In this document: positions 44,900 through 46,593 of the stretch, one piece after another | How the letters are laid out: every line of letters begins with the position of its first letter | Position numbering within the stretch: the stretch's first letter is position 1 | Source of the DNA: Rhizodiscina lignyota | Taxonomy: Eukaryota | Length of the DNA: 46,593 nt | Assembly: GCA_010015805.1 (NCBI GenBank) | Contig: ML978124.1 | Span: 2,542,001-2,588,593 of the forward strand | Reading direction: 5' to 3' | Notes under the pieces: generated by a model | The model's input: only the letters and a program-made list of their open reading frames with translations | Database searches by the model: none | Told to the model about the DNA's origin: nothing | Translations under genes and position numbers: made by a program

Positions 44900-46450
44900 G
44901 ATAGTCTTACTCCTCTTAAGCTTTTCAGGAGATTTGTAACCGGAATGTGTAGGAAAGCGTAGGAATTAGCATATATATGACTCTTAGGCATGTCTTAACT
45001 ACATTTCTACAATCTCGGGCAGTAAAGCGGAAATAGAGGAAATAGCAATACTCGCATATATTCTAGGTACCTTCGCACCGTAATTATGAGAATTCGATGT
45101 CAAATAGTTTAGAACGTCGATATGAACTTAAATCGACAGCAACTTTAGTGCGTCTTATCGCAACTCGTATAATCTTACTTACTATCTACGCAATTAACTA
45201 TAGGACCGCGATTCCTAGCGAAACAAGTTTAGGGAAAATCGGGAAAAATTAGGAAAGGTAATAGAATAGTCGGATAGGTTGAAAGGAAGTCGGAGAATTA
45301 AGAACTACGCAAGTACTCTCGGAAAGTTTCGAGATCCCTATTTAGCGGCCTCCTAATCTACGATAGGAATTTGTGAGAATACCCCTTGTAATTCTACGTC
45401 TAATCGACGCCTATACATATAGGGCCTCTAGAAATACTAAAATTTAAGAAGAGTACGGCTTGTTTTAGAAAGTTATTAATCTTTTTCTAATTTCTTGCAT
45501 TAAGGTAATAAATTCGGTAAGCGACCCTAATCGCCTAGCAATTATAACTACGACTTGAAAACTGTTATTCGACACTTAAAATAAATAAAAAACGTAATAG
45601 CTAAGTTGAATAAATACGCTAAAATCCAAAATCTAAAAATTATAAACTCGTAATATAGTAAACTAAACTCTATACAGGTATATTCCTTTAGTAGAATTAG
45701 AGTAAACTAACGTATCTTTAGACTCCGTAAAATAATAACGTCGTAGAAAATTTACTATGTTATTTTGTATAAACTATTAACACATTTCCTACTTAAATGT
45801 AATCGATTCTAAATGTTTCTAAGTTTGTCGCAAACCTATCTCCTGTCTCTAGCCTTTTAACTTAGTATAATTTTATTCCTTACCTTTATCGCCTGTTAAA
45901 CTTGTATTAACTATAACTTGAAAACTCTACTTTTCCAGGCTTAAAATAGAAGAGGTAATACTATTAACTTAAGTAAAAGAATCTAAATTATTAACTTACT
46001 ACGTATAAGTTAAGTAATATACAGCTAATTGTCTAATTTATCTTAGTAGAATGTACTAGAATAACGTAGAATTTAATGTATATTTCCCTTTATTAGAAAT
46101 TAATTTGTCTAAGTAGATTTAAATTCTATTATTTATAGGTTCTAAGTTAGTTATAAAGCTACGTTGTATCTTACGTTTCTAAGAGTTATAAAGCTATGTT
46201 ATCTTTCGCCTTCTAGCTTTTCTCGTCTTAAAGTTAAGTTGTATTTAAAGCTATAACTTAAAAATTTTGTTTAGGTTGTAGAAAATAGTATAATCGTCGA
46301 CTTAATTTAATAGGATTTAAACAGTTATTAATTCTATATGTAGTTAAAATAGCAACGTATAGTCGCTTATCTTACGTAGTTATACATACTCTCTTACGAC
46401 AAATTAGAAATTGTTATCTTTAGAGTAGTAGGAGAGTAAGAAAATTCTAT
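44900..46450. repeat. AT-rich RIP-mutated block (probable transposon relic, family not identifiable)
   Basis: AT content rises progressively from about 44.7 kb, with TpA excess, CpA/TpG depletion and no ORFs in the track beyond 44991. Confidence 0.7.
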
Positions 46451-46593
46451 GGCTCGGATTCGGGTTAGGGCTTAGGCGCGTAGTAGGCCTAACTCGTGCC
46501 ACACGACCGGTTCGAGTCGAACCGATTTGAACCTGCTAACAAATTTAGCGCCGGCAGGATAAGGAGGGGGTCGGACCGATTTAGGGTTTGGAG

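Noticed and set aside
1..46593. Starship giant transposon, tRNA or rRNA genes
   Set aside because: No tyrosine-recombinase captain gene or element boundary is visible, and no tRNA cloverleaf or rRNA sequence was recognised by eye.

Overview
Filamentous ascomycete (Pezizomycotina) genomic DNA: about 50% GC, short GT-AG introns with CTRAY branch sites, and two AT-rich blocks carrying the RIP (repeat-induced point mutation) signature. The centre of the window is a compact gene cluster with no PKS, NRPS or terpene backbone gene, built largely from head-to-head gene pairs. It encodes two Zn2Cys6 regulators, a metallo-beta-lactamase-fold hydrolase, a fumarylacetoacetase paralogue, a hotdog thioesterase, an NmrA-like protein, a P450, an MDR enoyl/quinone reductase, a salicylate-hydroxylase-like FAD monooxygenase, an FAHD-type hydrolase, a VOC extradiol dioxygenase (trihydroxytoluene-oxygenase-like) and a PheA/TfdB-type FAD monooxygenase. 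This looks like a fungal meta-cleavage pathway for a polyhydroxylated aromatic compound (inference). The cluster is split by a 3.55 kb RIP-inactivated Tc1-type DNA transposon with 85 bp TIRs and a TA target duplication. Reversing RIP changes by eye recovers a DD34E transposase and a second, convergent ORF of about 560 codons. Several genes appear broken: MBL (frameshift), TRI12-like MFS (relic) and arylsulfotransferase (two nonsense codons). The window ends in a second RIP-affected AT-rich block with a few telomere-like hexamers. Gene boundaries were inferred by eye across introns, and family assignments come from motif recognition, not database searches.
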